Positions 49,546 to 60,706 of a DNA stretch of 64,000 nucleotides are shown here, in pieces. The notes beneath the pieces are model-generated. The model was not told the DNA's origin. It searched no databases and worked only from the letters and a program-made list of their open reading frames with translations. The position numbers were made by a program, and so were the translations under genes. Source of the stretch: an uncultured Nitrososphaerota archaeon (GTDB lineage Archaea > Thermoproteota > Nitrososphaeria > Nitrososphaerales > Gagatemarchaeaceae); assembly GCA_963718895.1 (NCBI GenBank), contig CAVRAG010000007.1:256001-320000 (forward strand). The letters run 5' to 3'. Within the stretch, counting starts at the first letter, position 1; each line of letters opens with the position of its first letter.

Positions 49546-51141
49546 TTGACCGCTTCCGAGAAGGGAGCTTTCGTGCGAGAGGCGACGGGCCTCACGAGAC
49601 AGATTTCGGGTTGGGACGCGTTCCTCGGCAACATCCTCGCGATGGGGATCGCCTACTTCTTCGTCTTCGAATACTTCGCCACCCTCCTCTTCCCGGGCGT
49701 CGACCTGCCGATCACGATCATCGTGACCCTAATCCCGGGCGTCGTGGTCGCACTGCTCTACTACCTCTTCACTGTCGCCATGCCGAGGACCGGAGGCGAC
49801 TACGTCTGGACCAGCAGGATCCTGGGCGCACCGCTCGGGTTCATGACGAACCTGGTGCTCACGTTCACCTGGATGGCTAGCATGGCGACCGCGGTCGCTT
49901 GGGGGATCAGCTACGGAATCGTCCCCATGACGGCCGCCCTGGGAATGGTCCAGAACAACTCCGGACTGCTCAGCCTCTCCTCTACGCTCGCTCAGCCCAA
50001 CAACGCGTTCATCCTGACCGCTGCCCTCATTGTGCTGTTCATCGTTCCAATCATGCTCGGGACCAGAGCAGCGTTCAGAGTCATGTGGGTCATGTTCGCG
50101 ATATCTCTCATCGGGGCGCTCGTGACCGTCGTGGCTTTCCTCTCGGCCCCCAACGCCACCTTCATCGCGAATTTCAACCGGCTCTCTGGGATGGACTACC
50201 ACACGGCAATAACGGAGGCGGCGCTTCCGCTGGGCTTCGTCTTTGGAGCGACCATTACCGGGTCGATATTCACCATGACCAACTTCCTGGGCTTCTTCAG
50301 CTCTGCCTACTTCTCGGGCGAGGTGAAGCGGGTCCAGAGGTCCCAGGTTCTCGCGATGTTCGGCTCGCTCCTCTTTCTCATGGTCATCGCCTTCCTAATC
50401 TACGGCTCGGCGTACTACTCCGCCGGCTCCGACTTCCTTAACGCCATCTCCCTGCTCTACGTCACAGGCACCGGGTACGCTCTGCCCGCCGTCCCGACTC
50501 TGAACTTCCTTGTGGCTTTCGCGTCCCCAAATCCGGCCGTGATAGTGCTCTCGGGTCTGGCCCTCCTTGCGACGGGTCTCGGGGGAGCCACCCTCTTCGC
50601 CTTCGTCTGCGTGAGGAACCTTTTCGCCTGGTCGTTCGACAGGGTCATGCCTACAGCCCTGACCCGCCTTGACTCCAAGAGGGGCAGCCCGAACTACGCG
50701 GTCGCAGTCATCCTGGTCATCGCCGTCCTCCTCACTGGAGTCTACTACTACACGTCGTTCTTCACCTACTACGTCTTCGCCACCCTCAACCTCTTCGTCG
50801 TCTTCACCATGGTCTCGATAGCCGCGGTCCTCTTCCCCTACAGGCTGAAGAGCGTCTTCGAGGCCTCCCCGGCGATCGTGAGGAAGAAGCTGGGAACCGT
50901 CCCGCTCATCACGGTGCTGGGAGTCATCGGCATCCTCGTGAACGTCTACTTCGGATGGGCGACGGCGCAACCCGCCATCAGCCCCCCACCGAGCGGGTCC
51001 ATACTCGTCCAGTACGTCGCCTACACGACCGTCCCACTGACGATAATCGCGGGCTTCGTGATCTACGGGGTCTCGTATGCGGTCAGGAAGAGTCAGGGGA
51101 TAGCCCTGGGAGCCGCATTCAAGGAGATCCCGCCGGAGTAG
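49546..51141 (+). CDS. APC-superfamily amino acid permease
   Basis: FVREATGL.R, MPRTGGDYV..SR, GEVK, FAWSFDR, FKEIPPE. Confidence 0.9.
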   Translation: MTASEKGAFVREATGLTRQISGWDAFLGNILAMGIAYFFVFEYFATLLFPGVDLPITIIVTLIPGVVVALLYYLFTVAMPRTGGDYVWTSRILGAPLGFMTNLVLTFTWMASMATAVAWGISYGIVPMTAALGMVQNNSGLLSLSSTLAQPNNAFILTAALIVLFIVPIMLGTRAAFRVMWVMFAISLIGALVTVVAFLSAPNATFIANFNRLSGMDYHTAITEAALPLGFVFGATITGSIFTMTNFLGFFSSAYFSGEVKRVQRSQVLAMFGSLLFLMVIAFLIYGSAYYSAGSDFLNAISLLYVTGTGYALPAVPTLNFLVAFASPNPAVIVLSGLALLATGLGGATLFAFVCVRNLFAWSFDRVMPTALTRLDSKRGSPNYAVAVILVIAVLLTGVYYYTSFFTYYVFATLNLFVVFTMVSIAAVLFPYRLKSVFEASPAIVRKKLGTVPLITVLGVIGILVNVYFGWATAQPAISPPPSGSILVQYVAYTTVPLTIIAGFVIYGVSYAVRKSQGIALGAAFKEIPPE

Positions 51142-51169
51142 CCTTGCAATCGGGAGACAATGTCAGGAT

Positions 51170-52060
51170 TTGAAACCGAGAAACACGAAGAGCGAGGGAC
51201 GGGTCGACGTACTCGGCTTCAGCATCTTCTACAAGGTGTTCGCCCCGCCGATGCCCAGGGCAACTATCCTCTGCCTGCACGGAGGGCCGGGAGCGACGCA
51301 CGACTACCTCCTGCCCATCAGGGACCTCGCCAAGTTCGGCTACAGGGTCGTCTTCTATGATCAGCTGGGGTGCGGGAACTCGGAGATGCCGAAGAACTAC
51401 GCCCTCTTTACCGTGGAGAGAGCGGTCGAAGAGCTCGAGGTGTTCCGCCGAGTGATGAAACTCGGGAAGGTGCACCTGATGGGTTCCAGCTACGGCGGCA
51501 TGCTTGCCCTGGCCTACGCTCTGAAGTACCAAAGAAACCTCCGCAGCCTCATCACCACAGGGGGACTCGCGAGCATCCCGCTGACGATATCCGAGATGGA
51601 GAGGTTGAAGTCGGAACTCCCTCCGGACGTAATCGAGGTACTGGAGAAGTACGAGGCAAGAGGAGAGTACGAGAACCCCAAGTACGAGGAGGCCGTGATG
51701 GTGTTCTACAAGAAGCACCTCCTGAGGCGAAAGAACTGGCCTGCGGAGCAGATCCACACTATGACCCACATGAGCAAGCCGGTCTACGGGACCATGAACG
51801 GGCCGAACGAGTTCACCATCATCGGGAACCTAAGATACTGGGACATCACTGACCGGCTCCACGAAATCAGGGTTCCGACCCTTGTCACCGGCGGGAGGCA
51901 CGACGAGGTCTCCCCGAAGGTCGCCAAGAGCATACACGACCACATCAAGGGGTCGAAGCTAGTCACATTCGAGAAGAGCTCCCATCTCCCGATGTGGGAG
52001 GAACGCTCGCGCTACATGAGCACGCTCGACCGCTTTATGAGATCCGTGGATTCGGCCTGA
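51170..52060 (+). CDS. pip: Proline iminopeptidase (tricorn factor F1-like)
   Basis: HGGPG, YDQLGCG.S, GSSYGG, MNGPNEF, G.HDE, SH. Confidence 0.9.
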   Translation: MKPRNTKSEGRVDVLGFSIFYKVFAPPMPRATILCLHGGPGATHDYLLPIRDLAKFGYRVVFYDQLGCGNSEMPKNYALFTVERAVEELEVFRRVMKLGKVHLMGSSYGGMLALAYALKYQRNLRSLITTGGLASIPLTISEMERLKSELPPDVIEVLEKYEARGEYENPKYEEAVMVFYKKHLLRRKNWPAEQIHTMTHMSKPVYGTMNGPNEFTIIGNLRYWDITDRLHEIRVPTLVTGGRHDEVSPKVAKSIHDHIKGSKLVTFEKSSHLPMWEERSRYMSTLDRFMRSVDSA

Positions 52061-52862
52061 GGCCTACCCCTTGTGGGACTTGGAGAGCCACCAGCGCGCC
52101 ACCTCGTCCACAGCGGGCGATCCATACACCCTCGTGGGACTTCACATGAGTGATTATCTTCTCTAGAGTCTTGCTCGCCGCCGGCCTGCCCGTCATGAAC
52201 GGGTGCATCGTCAGGCAGTAGAACTTCCCCTCTTCGTAGAGGACGTCGAACTCATCTCGCCAGAGCTCGAAGACCTCCTGCGGAGAGTACCCCCTCTCTG
52301 CATAGTTATCGTAGTCGTCCAGAGTCACGGCGCTCGGCAGCTCGACGATTCCGCCGTCCCCGAACTCGTGGACGTAGGGAAGGTCCCTGTCGAGGGCGTC
52401 CCCCCTCCAGATGAACCCGCCTGCCTCGTGAAGGAGCCCGATGGTGTTCTTGCTCGGATTCCAGTCGGGGGTCCGGTGACCCACAGGGCGGGTTCCCGCG
52501 GTCTTGGTCACGACCTCGACCGTCCTCTTGATATCGCTGAGCTCTTCCTCGGTCGACATGTTGTAGTACGGTTTGTGGTCCCATCCGTGAACGGCGACTT
52601 CGTGGCCACCGTCGGCAATCGCCCTGACCACATCGGGCCGGGCCTCGGCGGTCCTACCAACCATGCAGAAGGTCGCCTTGATGTTCTGCCTCTTGAGGAT
52701 CCTGAGGACACGGTGCGTACCTTCGTTCGTGTCGTAGTATCCCTGGCTGACGTAGAACATCTTGTCGGGCCCGAATGCGTCAATGAGACCCGACTCGTCG
52801 TCGTTGTCGAAGGTGAATACGGCCGCGATTCTTATCCCGGGTGGCCAGATGTCCTCGGTCAA
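52035..52862 (-). CDS. Polysaccharide deacetylase (CE4) family protein
   Basis: TFDND, HEVAVHGWDH, GHRTP, HPF.TGRP. Confidence 0.88.
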   Translation of the reverse strand: MTEDIWPPGIRIAAVFTFDNDDESGLIDAFGPDKMFYVSQGYYDTNEGTHRVLRILKRQNIKATFCMVGRTAEARPDVVRAIADGGHEVAVHGWDHKPYYNMSTEEELSDIKRTVEVVTKTAGTRPVGHRTPDWNPSKNTIGLLHEAGGFIWRGDALDRDLPYVHEFGDGGIVELPSAVTLDDYDNYAERGYSPQEVFELWRDEFDVLYEEGKFYCLTMHPFMTGRPAASKTLEKIITHVKSHEGVWIARCGRGGALVALQVPQGVGLRPNPRIS

Positions 52863-53009
52863 GCACTCTGATGGTCGCGTCCCGAGAATTTGAGCTTTGT
52901 GTCTGGCTCACCCGACCGTCCGTATCAGGTCGAGAGCCCCAAGAGAGACGAGGGACGGTCGTCTGCGTCCACAGGATTTATCAGCTTACGAAAGCGCGCT
53001 GGGCTCGTA

Positions 53010-54902
53010 TTGCTGTTCAGGCAGTTCGAGGATGAGGTCAGGGATGCCGTCACTTCCGCCCTGAAGGAGAAGGGCTATCCGCAGCCTGAGCTCGAACTCC
53101 TCATCCCGAACAAGGAGGGCCTGGGCGACCTGTCCTGCGCAGTGGCGCTGAAGCTGGCCAGGGAGCTCAGGAGACCGCCGGCCGCGATAGCAAAGGAGCT
53201 CCAGGAGTCCATCTCGTCCGGAGGGAGCATGCGCCTCATCCAGTCGGTGAACGCCCACGCCTCGGGATATCTGAACTTCACCCTCAACTGGCCGAGGTTC
53301 GCCCGCGAGACGGTCTCGGAGGCGCGAACCGGAGTCGGGTCCATCGGGATTGAGAGCAAGAGTGTCCTGATCGAGCATACGAATGTGAACCCCAACAAGT
53401 CCCTCCACATAGGGCACGCCCGGAACCTGGTCCTAGGAGACTCGCTTGCCAGGATAATGAGGAAGCTGGGCGACTCCGTACAGGTCCTGAACTACGTCGA
53501 CGACTCCGGAGCACAGGTTGCAGACGTCATCGTGGGCATGAAGTTCCTCGGGTTCAGCGACGAGGCTCCCCCCGGCGTAAAGTTTGACACGTACTCCGGC
53601 GATACCGTCTACATCAACGTGAACAGGAGGTACGAAGCGGAACCGGCCCTCAAGGAGAAGCAGAGGCTGGTCCTGCAGGAGATAGAGAAGGGCGAGGGCG
53701 AGATAAGCGACTACGCCCACAGGATAGTTCTGAAGATACTCGCGGACCAGCTGAAGACGTGCTGGCGACTCGGAGCGCGCTACGACCTACTGAACTGGGA
53801 GTCGCACATCCTGAAGACGGGGATGTGGGGGAGGCTCTTTGAGGAGCTGAAGAAGAAAGGGATAGCGGTCTACGAGACCGAGGGGGAGAACGCGGGCTGC
53901 TGGGTGATAAGGGACGAGAAACTCGGCGACGAGAAGGTGCTCGTCAGGTCAGACGGGACGGCGGTCTACGTCTCGAAGGACATACCCTACGCCGCGTGGA
54001 AGATCGGGCTGATCGATGACCCGTTCAAGTACGAAATCTATCCCAAACAGCCCGGGGCGAGAGAACTCTGGACCACGACGACCGGGACGGGCGACCGGGA
54101 CCACCCGAAGTTCGGGGGTGCAGACCTCGCAATCTCGGTGATCGATACCCGCCAGAGCAGGCTCCAGCAGATAGTCAGCAGGGTTCTCGAGAGGATGGAG
54201 GGCAAGGAGAGCGAGAGGTACCTCCACAGGAGCTACGAGGTCGTCGCGCTCTCAAAGAAGTCCGCTGAGTCTCTGGGCATCCAGACGGAGAAGGAGTTCG
54301 TCCACATGCAGGGCCGGAAGGGAGTCTACATCAACGTCGACGTCGTACTCGACGCTCTCAGGACGAAGGCAATCGCAGAGACCAAGAAGCGCAGTCCCCA
54401 GGACACCGAGACGTGGGTGGAGGAGGTCGCCGAGAAGATAGCGATCGCGGCTTTCAGGTTCGAACTGCTCAAGCAGGACCCGGACAAGATGATAGCGTTC
54501 GACATAGAATCGTCGCTCGAGCTCCAGGGCGAGACCGGACCGTACCTTCTCTACAGCTATGCGCGGGCAAGGAGGATCATATCAAAGGCAGGCTCCGCCC
54601 CCTCGATAGATGAGGAGGGCGCAGCAAAGCTGGCCAACCCGAAGGAGGTAGAGCTGATTAAGCGCCTCTCGATGTTCGACAAGGCGATCATGGAGGCAGG
54701 AGAGTATCTCAACCCGAAGGAGGTGGCGAGGTACGCCCACGGGATCGCCGCTCTCTTCAACGAGTTCTACGAGACGGTCCAGGTCAACAGCGAGCCGGAC
54801 CCCGTCTTGAAGGCGGCAAGGCTGGCTCTGGTGGAGGGGTTCGCGGTGACGCTCAGGGACGCGCTCGGGCTCATAGGAATAGAGACACTGGAGAAGATGT
54901 AG
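53010..54902 (+). CDS. argS: Arginyl-tRNA synthetase
   Basis: EHTNVNPNKSLHIGHARN, RSDGT, MQGRKG, GETGPYLLYSYAR; TTG start at leaderless spacing from the TTTATC box. Confidence 0.95.
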   Translation: MLFRQFEDEVRDAVTSALKEKGYPQPELELLIPNKEGLGDLSCAVALKLARELRRPPAAIAKELQESISSGGSMRLIQSVNAHASGYLNFTLNWPRFARETVSEARTGVGSIGIESKSVLIEHTNVNPNKSLHIGHARNLVLGDSLARIMRKLGDSVQVLNYVDDSGAQVADVIVGMKFLGFSDEAPPGVKFDTYSGDTVYINVNRRYEAEPALKEKQRLVLQEIEKGEGEISDYAHRIVLKILADQLKTCWRLGARYDLLNWESHILKTGMWGRLFEELKKKGIAVYETEGENAGCWVIRDEKLGDEKVLVRSDGTAVYVSKDIPYAAWKIGLIDDPFKYEIYPKQPGARELWTTTTGTGDRDHPKFGGADLAISVIDTRQSRLQQIVSRVLERMEGKESERYLHRSYEVVALSKKSAESLGIQTEKEFVHMQGRKGVYINVDVVLDALRTKAIAETKKRSPQDTETWVEEVAEKIAIAAFRFELLKQDPDKMIAFDIESSLELQGETGPYLLYSYARARRIISKAGSAPSIDEEGAAKLANPKEVELIKRLSMFDKAIMEAGEYLNPKEVARYAHGIAALFNEFYETVQVNSEPDPVLKAARLALVEGFAVTLRDALGLIGIETLEKM

Positions 54903-55209
54903 GTCGCACTGCGGCGAGGTACCGGTCCGGTTTACACGGCGCCCGACCCGCATTACCGCCCGGAGCAGGTTACACACAGACACGACGTGCCGGACTCCTA
55001 GGCTCCGGGGACTGCGGAACCACGATGAATCGACTAATCGCACTCCACGCTCTTCGTGAAGCCGTGAAGTTCTTCAGGAATTCGCCGAAGGACGTCACGA
55101 TTCACATCGTGGGTACCTCATACCCACGCCGGAGGGAACAGCTCATGGGTCTCACCCCCAAAACTCTAGAACAACATAAAAGAGGTAGATTGTAAGGCCG
55201 GTGACCGTT

Positions 55210-55282
55210 AGCCCGATCGTCTAGTGGTCAAGGATAGGGGCCTCTGGAGCCTCTGACCTAGGTTCGAATCCTAGTCGGGCTA
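55210..55282 (+). tRNA. tRNA-Gln (CTG)
   Basis: AGCCCGA/TCGGGCT acceptor (A1-U72), GGGGC-CTCTGGA-GCCTC, CTAGG-TTCGAAT-CCTAG. Confidence 0.96.
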
Positions 55283-55563
55283 TCTAGAACAAACCTGAAC
55301 CATCACAGTCATCTGGTGCACTGATGCTCACCGGAGGGCTTTCAGAGGGCGGTCTGCTCCAAAAAAAACAAAGTGTGTCGCTGCAAAACACGGGGGAACC
55401 CAGATCCAGAGCAGCGGCCATTGCGCAGTCTGTTTCGATCCGACCGGGCTGAGCAACATGGTCATGGGGACCATCAGCAGAGGACGATGCTGGGACCCAG
55501 AACAGGAGACCACGTTTCAGAAGCTCTATCTATTATAATGACCCGGAATCAGTGTAACGTTCA

Positions 55564-56562
55564 ATGCTTCGGCCAGAGAGAGGTTCGGCCGCGATTTCAA
55601 GGATCGCCTCCGCAATCGTCGTAGTGATCCTGGTGGTGGCAGGAGTGACAGGTGTCGCAGTCTACTACGGGGCCGCTCCTGGAAGGGAATCCACCGTCCT
55701 CGCCACCCTGCAATCGAACAGCGATTTCAGCACGCTCGTGAGCGCTCTCTCCACGGCAAGCGTGGCTAGCACGCTGTCGAGCTCAGCGCCGCATACGATA
55801 TTCGCCCCGACGAACGAAGCGTTCTCAAACCTCCCGCCCGGAGTTCTCACCACTCTCCTTGGCAACCGGACAGAGCTCACTTCGGTGCTCAACTACCAGA
55901 TCGTCGCCGGGAACCTCAACGAGACTAACATGTTCGTCCTGACCTCTCTGGTCACGCTCCAGGGCAGCTCCCTCTCCGTGGGCGTGTACCTGACCGGGTT
56001 GGAAGTAGGGGGCAACGCGTCGCTTACGCATGCGGCTATACCTTGCACGAACGGAATCATCTACCCGATCGACACCGTCCTCATGCCACCCAAAGCGGCC
56101 CCTTCCACACTGGAAGAGACGACCATTCTCCAGACCGCCGAATCTCTGGGTCTCAACTACCTCGTAGAAGGACTCGAGACAGCCGCCCTGGCTAACACAC
56201 TTTCGTCGCCCGGCGCTTACACTCTGTTCGCCCCGACGAACGCCGCCATGACCGTGTTCTCGTGCGGGAACCCGTACAATAACTGTCTTGCGGATCTAGC
56301 GATTCTCTTCTCGAACCAGTCTGCCATCACTTTGGTGATGGAGGACGACATCGCCCAAGGCAACTTCACGTCAGCCCAGCTCGTGACGACGGGGTCGGTG
56401 ACCACTTTGGGAGGCCAGACGCTGCAAGTCACCACGACCTCTGGCATAGTAAGCGTAGGGGCAGCACACATAACGCAAGAGGACATCCGCTGCACCAATG
56501 GGTACATCGACATAGTCGACCTGATCCTCGTACCGCCCAGTGTGAACCACTGGTGGTCCTAG
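55564..56562 (+). CDS. Membrane-anchored double fasciclin (FAS1) domain protein
   Basis: Two T.FAPTN.A and NG.I..ID.VL.P motifs after an N-terminal TM. Confidence 0.9.
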   Translation: MLRPERGSAAISRIASAIVVVILVVAGVTGVAVYYGAAPGRESTVLATLQSNSDFSTLVSALSTASVASTLSSSAPHTIFAPTNEAFSNLPPGVLTTLLGNRTELTSVLNYQIVAGNLNETNMFVLTSLVTLQGSSLSVGVYLTGLEVGGNASLTHAAIPCTNGIIYPIDTVLMPPKAAPSTLEETTILQTAESLGLNYLVEGLETAALANTLSSPGAYTLFAPTNAAMTVFSCGNPYNNCLADLAILFSNQSAITLVMEDDIAQGNFTSAQLVTTGSVTTLGGQTLQVTTTSGIVSVGAAHITQEDIRCTNGYIDIVDLILVPPSVNHWWS

Positions 56563-56847
56563 CGCCACTCGGAAGGCCGCCTGTAACAGTCATGAAACAC
56601 GCTGTTCACGTGCCTGGGAGGCGGAATCAGGCGCATCCCGAGGCGATTGTCTATCCCTGGCCTCCGGGTTGGGCCTTGCTTCCCATTTGAGGACCGCCCA
56701 GCCCGAGACCGCACGCGAAGTCCTCGAGGTAGCTCTCACCCCCCGTATCATCAATGAGAACTCGACCGTTTCAGCCACCTGGCGACTGTATCAGATTCGT
56801 TTCAGCGAACCAATTTAGTCGCAGCGCTCCCATGCTCTCCCTGTGGC

Positions 56848-57315
56848 TTGAGAGAAATGACCGCACAACAAACGGCGGCTACGGCGGAAAGCTTTCCAAA
56901 CGGGGCCTCGGTGCTCGCCATGGTAGGCGGCTGCCTTATGATCGTGGCCGGACTCCTTATCCTGGGTCTGGGAGTGTTCGTGATCCCCCACCTGAACCCC
57001 TCGGTCTTCGGCAACGGGACCGCATCGATCCCGGTCCGGAACATGCCCAGCTTCGTGGGAAGCGTCCTGGCAGGGGTGGGCTCGTTCGGGCTCATCTCTG
57101 GGGTAATCGTGCTCGGCTCCGGCTTCATGCTGAGGGTCAAGCCAGACCAGTCGGCCGTCTGGGGGCTCTTGATGCTCATATTCTCCGTCCTGAGCTTCTT
57201 CGGCACTGGAGGGTTCATCGTAGGGGCCATCCTGGGCATAATAGGCGGCGTCATGACGCTTCGGTGGAAGCGTCCGGCGGCGTCGGCGCCATCAGGGAGC
57301 GTTCCAGGAGCATGA
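56848..57315 (+). CDS. Gly-rich 4-TM membrane protein (DUF6114-like)
   Basis: GGF.VG.ILGIIGG C-terminal motif. Confidence 0.7.
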   Translation: MREMTAQQTAATAESFPNGASVLAMVGGCLMIVAGLLILGLGVFVIPHLNPSVFGNGTASIPVRNMPSFVGSVLAGVGSFGLISGVIVLGSGFMLRVKPDQSAVWGLLMLIFSVLSFFGTGGFIVGAILGIIGGVMTLRWKRPAASAPSGSVPGA

Positions 57316-57390
57316 GGACAGGCTTGTCACGGACAGGATAAAGAATCGCCCCGGGAGCCAGAGGGGAGCGAGAGGAGAGGGCCAAACGAC

Positions 57391-57905
57391 TTGAAGAAGC
57401 TCAAGGTTCTGCTCATACTGCTGGTCGCGGCGACGTCAGGTCTCGCTGTCTCGATCTACCTGCTGGCGCTCATCTATTCCCCGACGGAGACACCGACGAG
57501 GGTGCTCTACCTGATTCTGACGGGTGGCTTCCCTCAGAACCTGACCTTCTTCATCCCTCTCTCCTCCCTCCTGTTCCTCAGCACCGTCCTCGCCAGCATG
57601 GTAGGCGTAGTCTACTTCCTCGTCCTCCCCGAGATGAAGGACTACTACGAGTCTGACCCCGGAAGGGAAGCAGGCGCCATGGTCCTTAGGACCCTGAGGC
57701 CCGACGAGAGGAAGGTGGTCGGGGTGCTCAAGGTCCACGGAGGGACATACTTGCAGAAGTTCATCACCGGGAGACCGGTCTTTCCAGGCTGAAGACCCAC
57801 AGAGTCGTCGCCACACTCGCGGAGAGGGGCATCGTGCATGTTGAAAGGCAGGGCAACACGAACGAGGTCTCGCTCGCAAAGTGGTTCCTCGAAGGGATGG
57901 GGTGA
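57391..57905 (+). CDS. Membrane-anchored winged-helix regulator (frameshift near 57770)
   Basis: 2 TM, L.PDERKV..VL..HGG...Q then GLSRLKTHRVVATLAERGIV in an alternative frame. Confidence 0.75.
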
Positions 57906-58085
57906 AGTCAGGTCTTCGTATCGAAACCCGCTTCTGGATAGGGCCTATCCTCCCTTCCCTCGTGATCAGGTATCTGGAAATGGAAGTAACCCTCAGAATG
58001 CGTTCCCCGCATTTCGCTGACCTTCGCCGGGCTTCGTCTCGGTGAATTCCGGCTGGTAGGAGGAATTCGACCTAACAGCAGGGTG

Positions 58086-59087
58086 TCAACTCCTGCCGCT
58101 CGACTTGAAGTATGGAAGCACCTTCCTCTCAAAGAGGCTCAATGCCTTCTCATCGTCGAAGGTGTTGATCATCAGGTAGGCGTGGTCGAATCCGCACTTG
58201 AAGTACTGCTCTATCCTCTTGATGAACTCGTTCTCGTCGGTCGCTATGGGGAAGACCTCGGCTAGCTGCTCGTCGGTGACGGAATTCCCTATCTTCTCGA
58301 TCTCCCTCGGGTCGGAGATGTTGTTGTTGAAGATCTCAGGTAGGATGGTGGCGCGCCACTTCCTGCAGGCCTGGACCGCCCGGTCGTAGTCCTCGTCGTA
58401 GCCGACGTCTATCTCGACGACCTTGAGGAAGTCGTCCAGCGTTCTCCCCGACTTCTTCGCTCCCTCTACGATGTTAGGGAAGAGGACCTCGTTTATGTAC
58501 TGTGGGGTCTTCCCCGCCGTTATTATCCCGTCCCCGTACTCCCCGACGATCTTGGCCATTTTCGGGCCCATCGCGGACATAAGTATCGGGATGTCGGCCT
58601 TCATGTACAGGTTCGCCCCCTTGATCTTGTAGTACCTCCCGTCGAAGTCGACGAAGCCGCCCTTCCAGAGCGCCCGGATTATCTTGACCGCCTCGATCAG
58701 CCTGTCCCTCCTCTCGGGGTACTTCGGCCATGTGTATCCCAGCGGGACCTCGTTCATGGCCTCCCCTGTCCCCACGCCGAGGATCACCCTATCTCCGAAG
58801 AGCCCCTGCATGGTCGCGAAAGCCTGAGCGGTAATTGCGGGGTGGTATCTGTAGGTCGGCACGGTCACGGCCGTCCCGAAGGGGATCTTCACCTCCTGCA
58901 TCGCGGCACCCATGAAGACCCAGCTGTTGTACTCGAGCGCGTCGGTGTTGAACCAAGGGTGGAAGTGGTCGGGCAGCCAGATCGCGTCGAATCCAGCCCT
59001 CTCTGCGCGCTTGCAGACCTCGAGCAGCTTCTTCGGTTCCGTGACGTCGGGGATCGCGTTGTAGCCGATTGAGTTCTTGGCTAGCAC
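58086..59087 (-). CDS. F420-dependent LLM-class oxidoreductase (Fgd/G6PDH-like)
   Basis: AE.AGFD..W..DHFHPW, VT.PT.RYHPA..AQAFAT, GVGTGEAMNE. Confidence 0.9.
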   Translation of the reverse strand: MLAKNSIGYNAIPDVTEPKKLLEVCKRAERAGFDAIWLPDHFHPWFNTDALEYNSWVFMGAAMQEVKIPFGTAVTVPTYRYHPAITAQAFATMQGLFGDRVILGVGTGEAMNEVPLGYTWPKYPERRDRLIEAVKIIRALWKGGFVDFDGRYYKIKGANLYMKADIPILMSAMGPKMAKIVGEYGDGIITAGKTPQYINEVLFPNIVEGAKKSGRTLDDFLKVVEIDVGYDEDYDRAVQACRKWRATILPEIFNNNISDPREIEKIGNSVTDEQLAEVFPIATDENEFIKRIEQYFKCGFDHAYLMINTFDDEKALSLFERKVLPYFKSSGRS

Positions 59088-59241
59088 AGGCGCCGACTCG
59101 TGCGTGCCCGCTTGAGATAAGTATGCCGAAGATTGGCGGACGAAGCGCCTGCTGGAGGCATCAGGGAGGCGTCAGGAGCCGATACCTCCAACTTGGGAAT
59201 CCCGGTCTGATCACGAGAAAGCGATATCTACACCGGGCCTA

Positions 59242-59655
59242 GTGCGTGGGAGTGACCTCGAATTGCCTGACGCCAGGAAGGGTATGGTTCAGATCTCGAG
59301 TGAGCATTCCTTCGCCGAGACGTTCGCGAGGCTCGAGCTTGAGGTGACATCTCGAGGCCTCACCATCTTCGCGCGAGTAGACTTCAGCGAGGACGCCGAG
59401 AAGGCAGGGCTGGCGATGAGACCCACAGGCCTGCTCGTGTTTGGAAGTCCAAGAGCAGGCACGCCGGTGATGATCGCCGCCCCGACGGTTGCGATGGACC
59501 TTCCCCTCAAGGTCCTCGTCTCCGAGGACGAAGGCGGCAGGGTCTGGGTCTCGTACAACTCGCCGGACTACCTCCGGGAGCGGCACAACATCCCGGATGA
59601 CCTGGTGAAGAACATTACTGGGGTGGCTGGGATTGCAGAGACTGCGGCCCGATAG
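59242..59655 (+). CDS. DUF302 domain protein
   Basis: IFARVD..DA..AGL.MRPT.L.VFG.P.AGTP.M, DLPLK.LV. Confidence 0.9.
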   Translation: MRGSDLELPDARKGMVQISSEHSFAETFARLELEVTSRGLTIFARVDFSEDAEKAGLAMRPTGLLVFGSPRAGTPVMIAAPTVAMDLPLKVLVSEDEGGRVWVSYNSPDYLRERHNIPDDLVKNITGVAGIAETAAR

Positions 59656-59738
59656 AGCGAATCGTATCCTCAGCCCAGGACAAGGCCTCCAGTCTCCCAC
59701 GCCCCTCGGCGACTCGTGCTCGAAGTGCCTCGAGCTGT

Positions 59739-60497
59739 TCACCAGACGAGGGGGATGAGATGGTAGCGGACCCTCTTGCAGTATTCATCGTATCCCGACA
59801 GACTCCTCCTTAGGAACTTCTCCTCTTCTGCGAGTCTCACGACGATTACCAGAAACATGGGAAGAAAGGGGGCCAATCCCCAGTAAGAGCCCAACGCCAG
59901 TGGAGTGAAGAGCAGCATCACGAGGGCACCGGCGTACATCGGGTGACGGACCACACGATAGGGACCGGTCGAGACAACTTCCTGCCCCTCGTTCACCCTC
60001 ACGGCCGTTGAGGCGTGGCTGTTCTCCTTGAAGACCAGGAAGATGGTCGCGAGCCCGAGCATGACGAAGATGTCGCCCACCGCGACCAGGTAGATGGGGA
60101 CGGTGGACCAACGGAATCGATGATCGAGGGATGGAACGAGTATAATCAGGATGAAGAAGAGGCCTATGAGCACCTGGGCGACCTTCTGTACCCTCTCTCC
60201 CTCCGCCCCTGGACCCGCTTCCAATCGATTCTTTATCAGAGTCATGTCGTGTCTCAGGAGATAGATGCTGATGGCCGACACGCTGACGACGAAGAGGATC
60301 CAGTATACCCACGCCTGCCAGAATCCCAGAGACCCTCCAGTCAAGAACAGGACAAGCCAGAGCAGGAGAGCAAGAGAGGCCAAGCCTGCGAGCGCCTGCC
60401 TAGCCACCTTGGCTTCAGGCTCGTCGGCAGTCCCTGACCGGGGCAGATCTGAAGTCACCGACGCCGCCACCGCCTCACGAGTCCCTGTCGACCTCAA
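59739..60497 (-). CDS. Isoprenylcysteine carboxyl methyltransferase (ICMT/PEMT) family membrane protein
   Basis: V..EN, TGPY..VRHPMY, EE.FL...L.GY..Y. Confidence 0.9.
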   Translation of the reverse strand: MRSTGTREAVAASVTSDLPRSGTADEPEAKVARQALAGLASLALLLWLVLFLTGGSLGFWQAWVYWILFVVSVSAISIYLLRHDMTLIKNRLEAGPGAEGERVQKVAQVLIGLFFILIILVPSLDHRFRWSTVPIYLVAVGDIFVMLGLATIFLVFKENSHASTAVRVNEGQEVVSTGPYRVVRHPMYAGALVMLLFTPLALGSYWGLAPFLPMFLVIVVRLAEEEKFLRRSLSGYDEYCKRVRYHLIPLVW

Positions 60498-60706
60498 GAC
60501 AAGATTCCGGCCGGAGGTGCCAATCTAAGGATTGCGGGGTGACCTAACTGGGTGATTCTGAGCCAACGGTAACCGGTCTTGAGCCTGCTTTCCCGTTCTC
60601 GGGGCTCTCTCCCTGGTCTAATCTCTCCCCGAGACAAGGTCATGACTGGAGAAGGTCGGCGGAACGCTTAAGACGACACTCGGGGCGCTCATCGCCAGTT
60701 AATCTC

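Noticed and set aside
55025-55195. 56-aa ORF and CGTGGGTA/TACCCACG hairpin upstream of tRNA-Gln
   Set aside because: Atypical codon usage, overlaps the tRNA promoter, no supporting motif.
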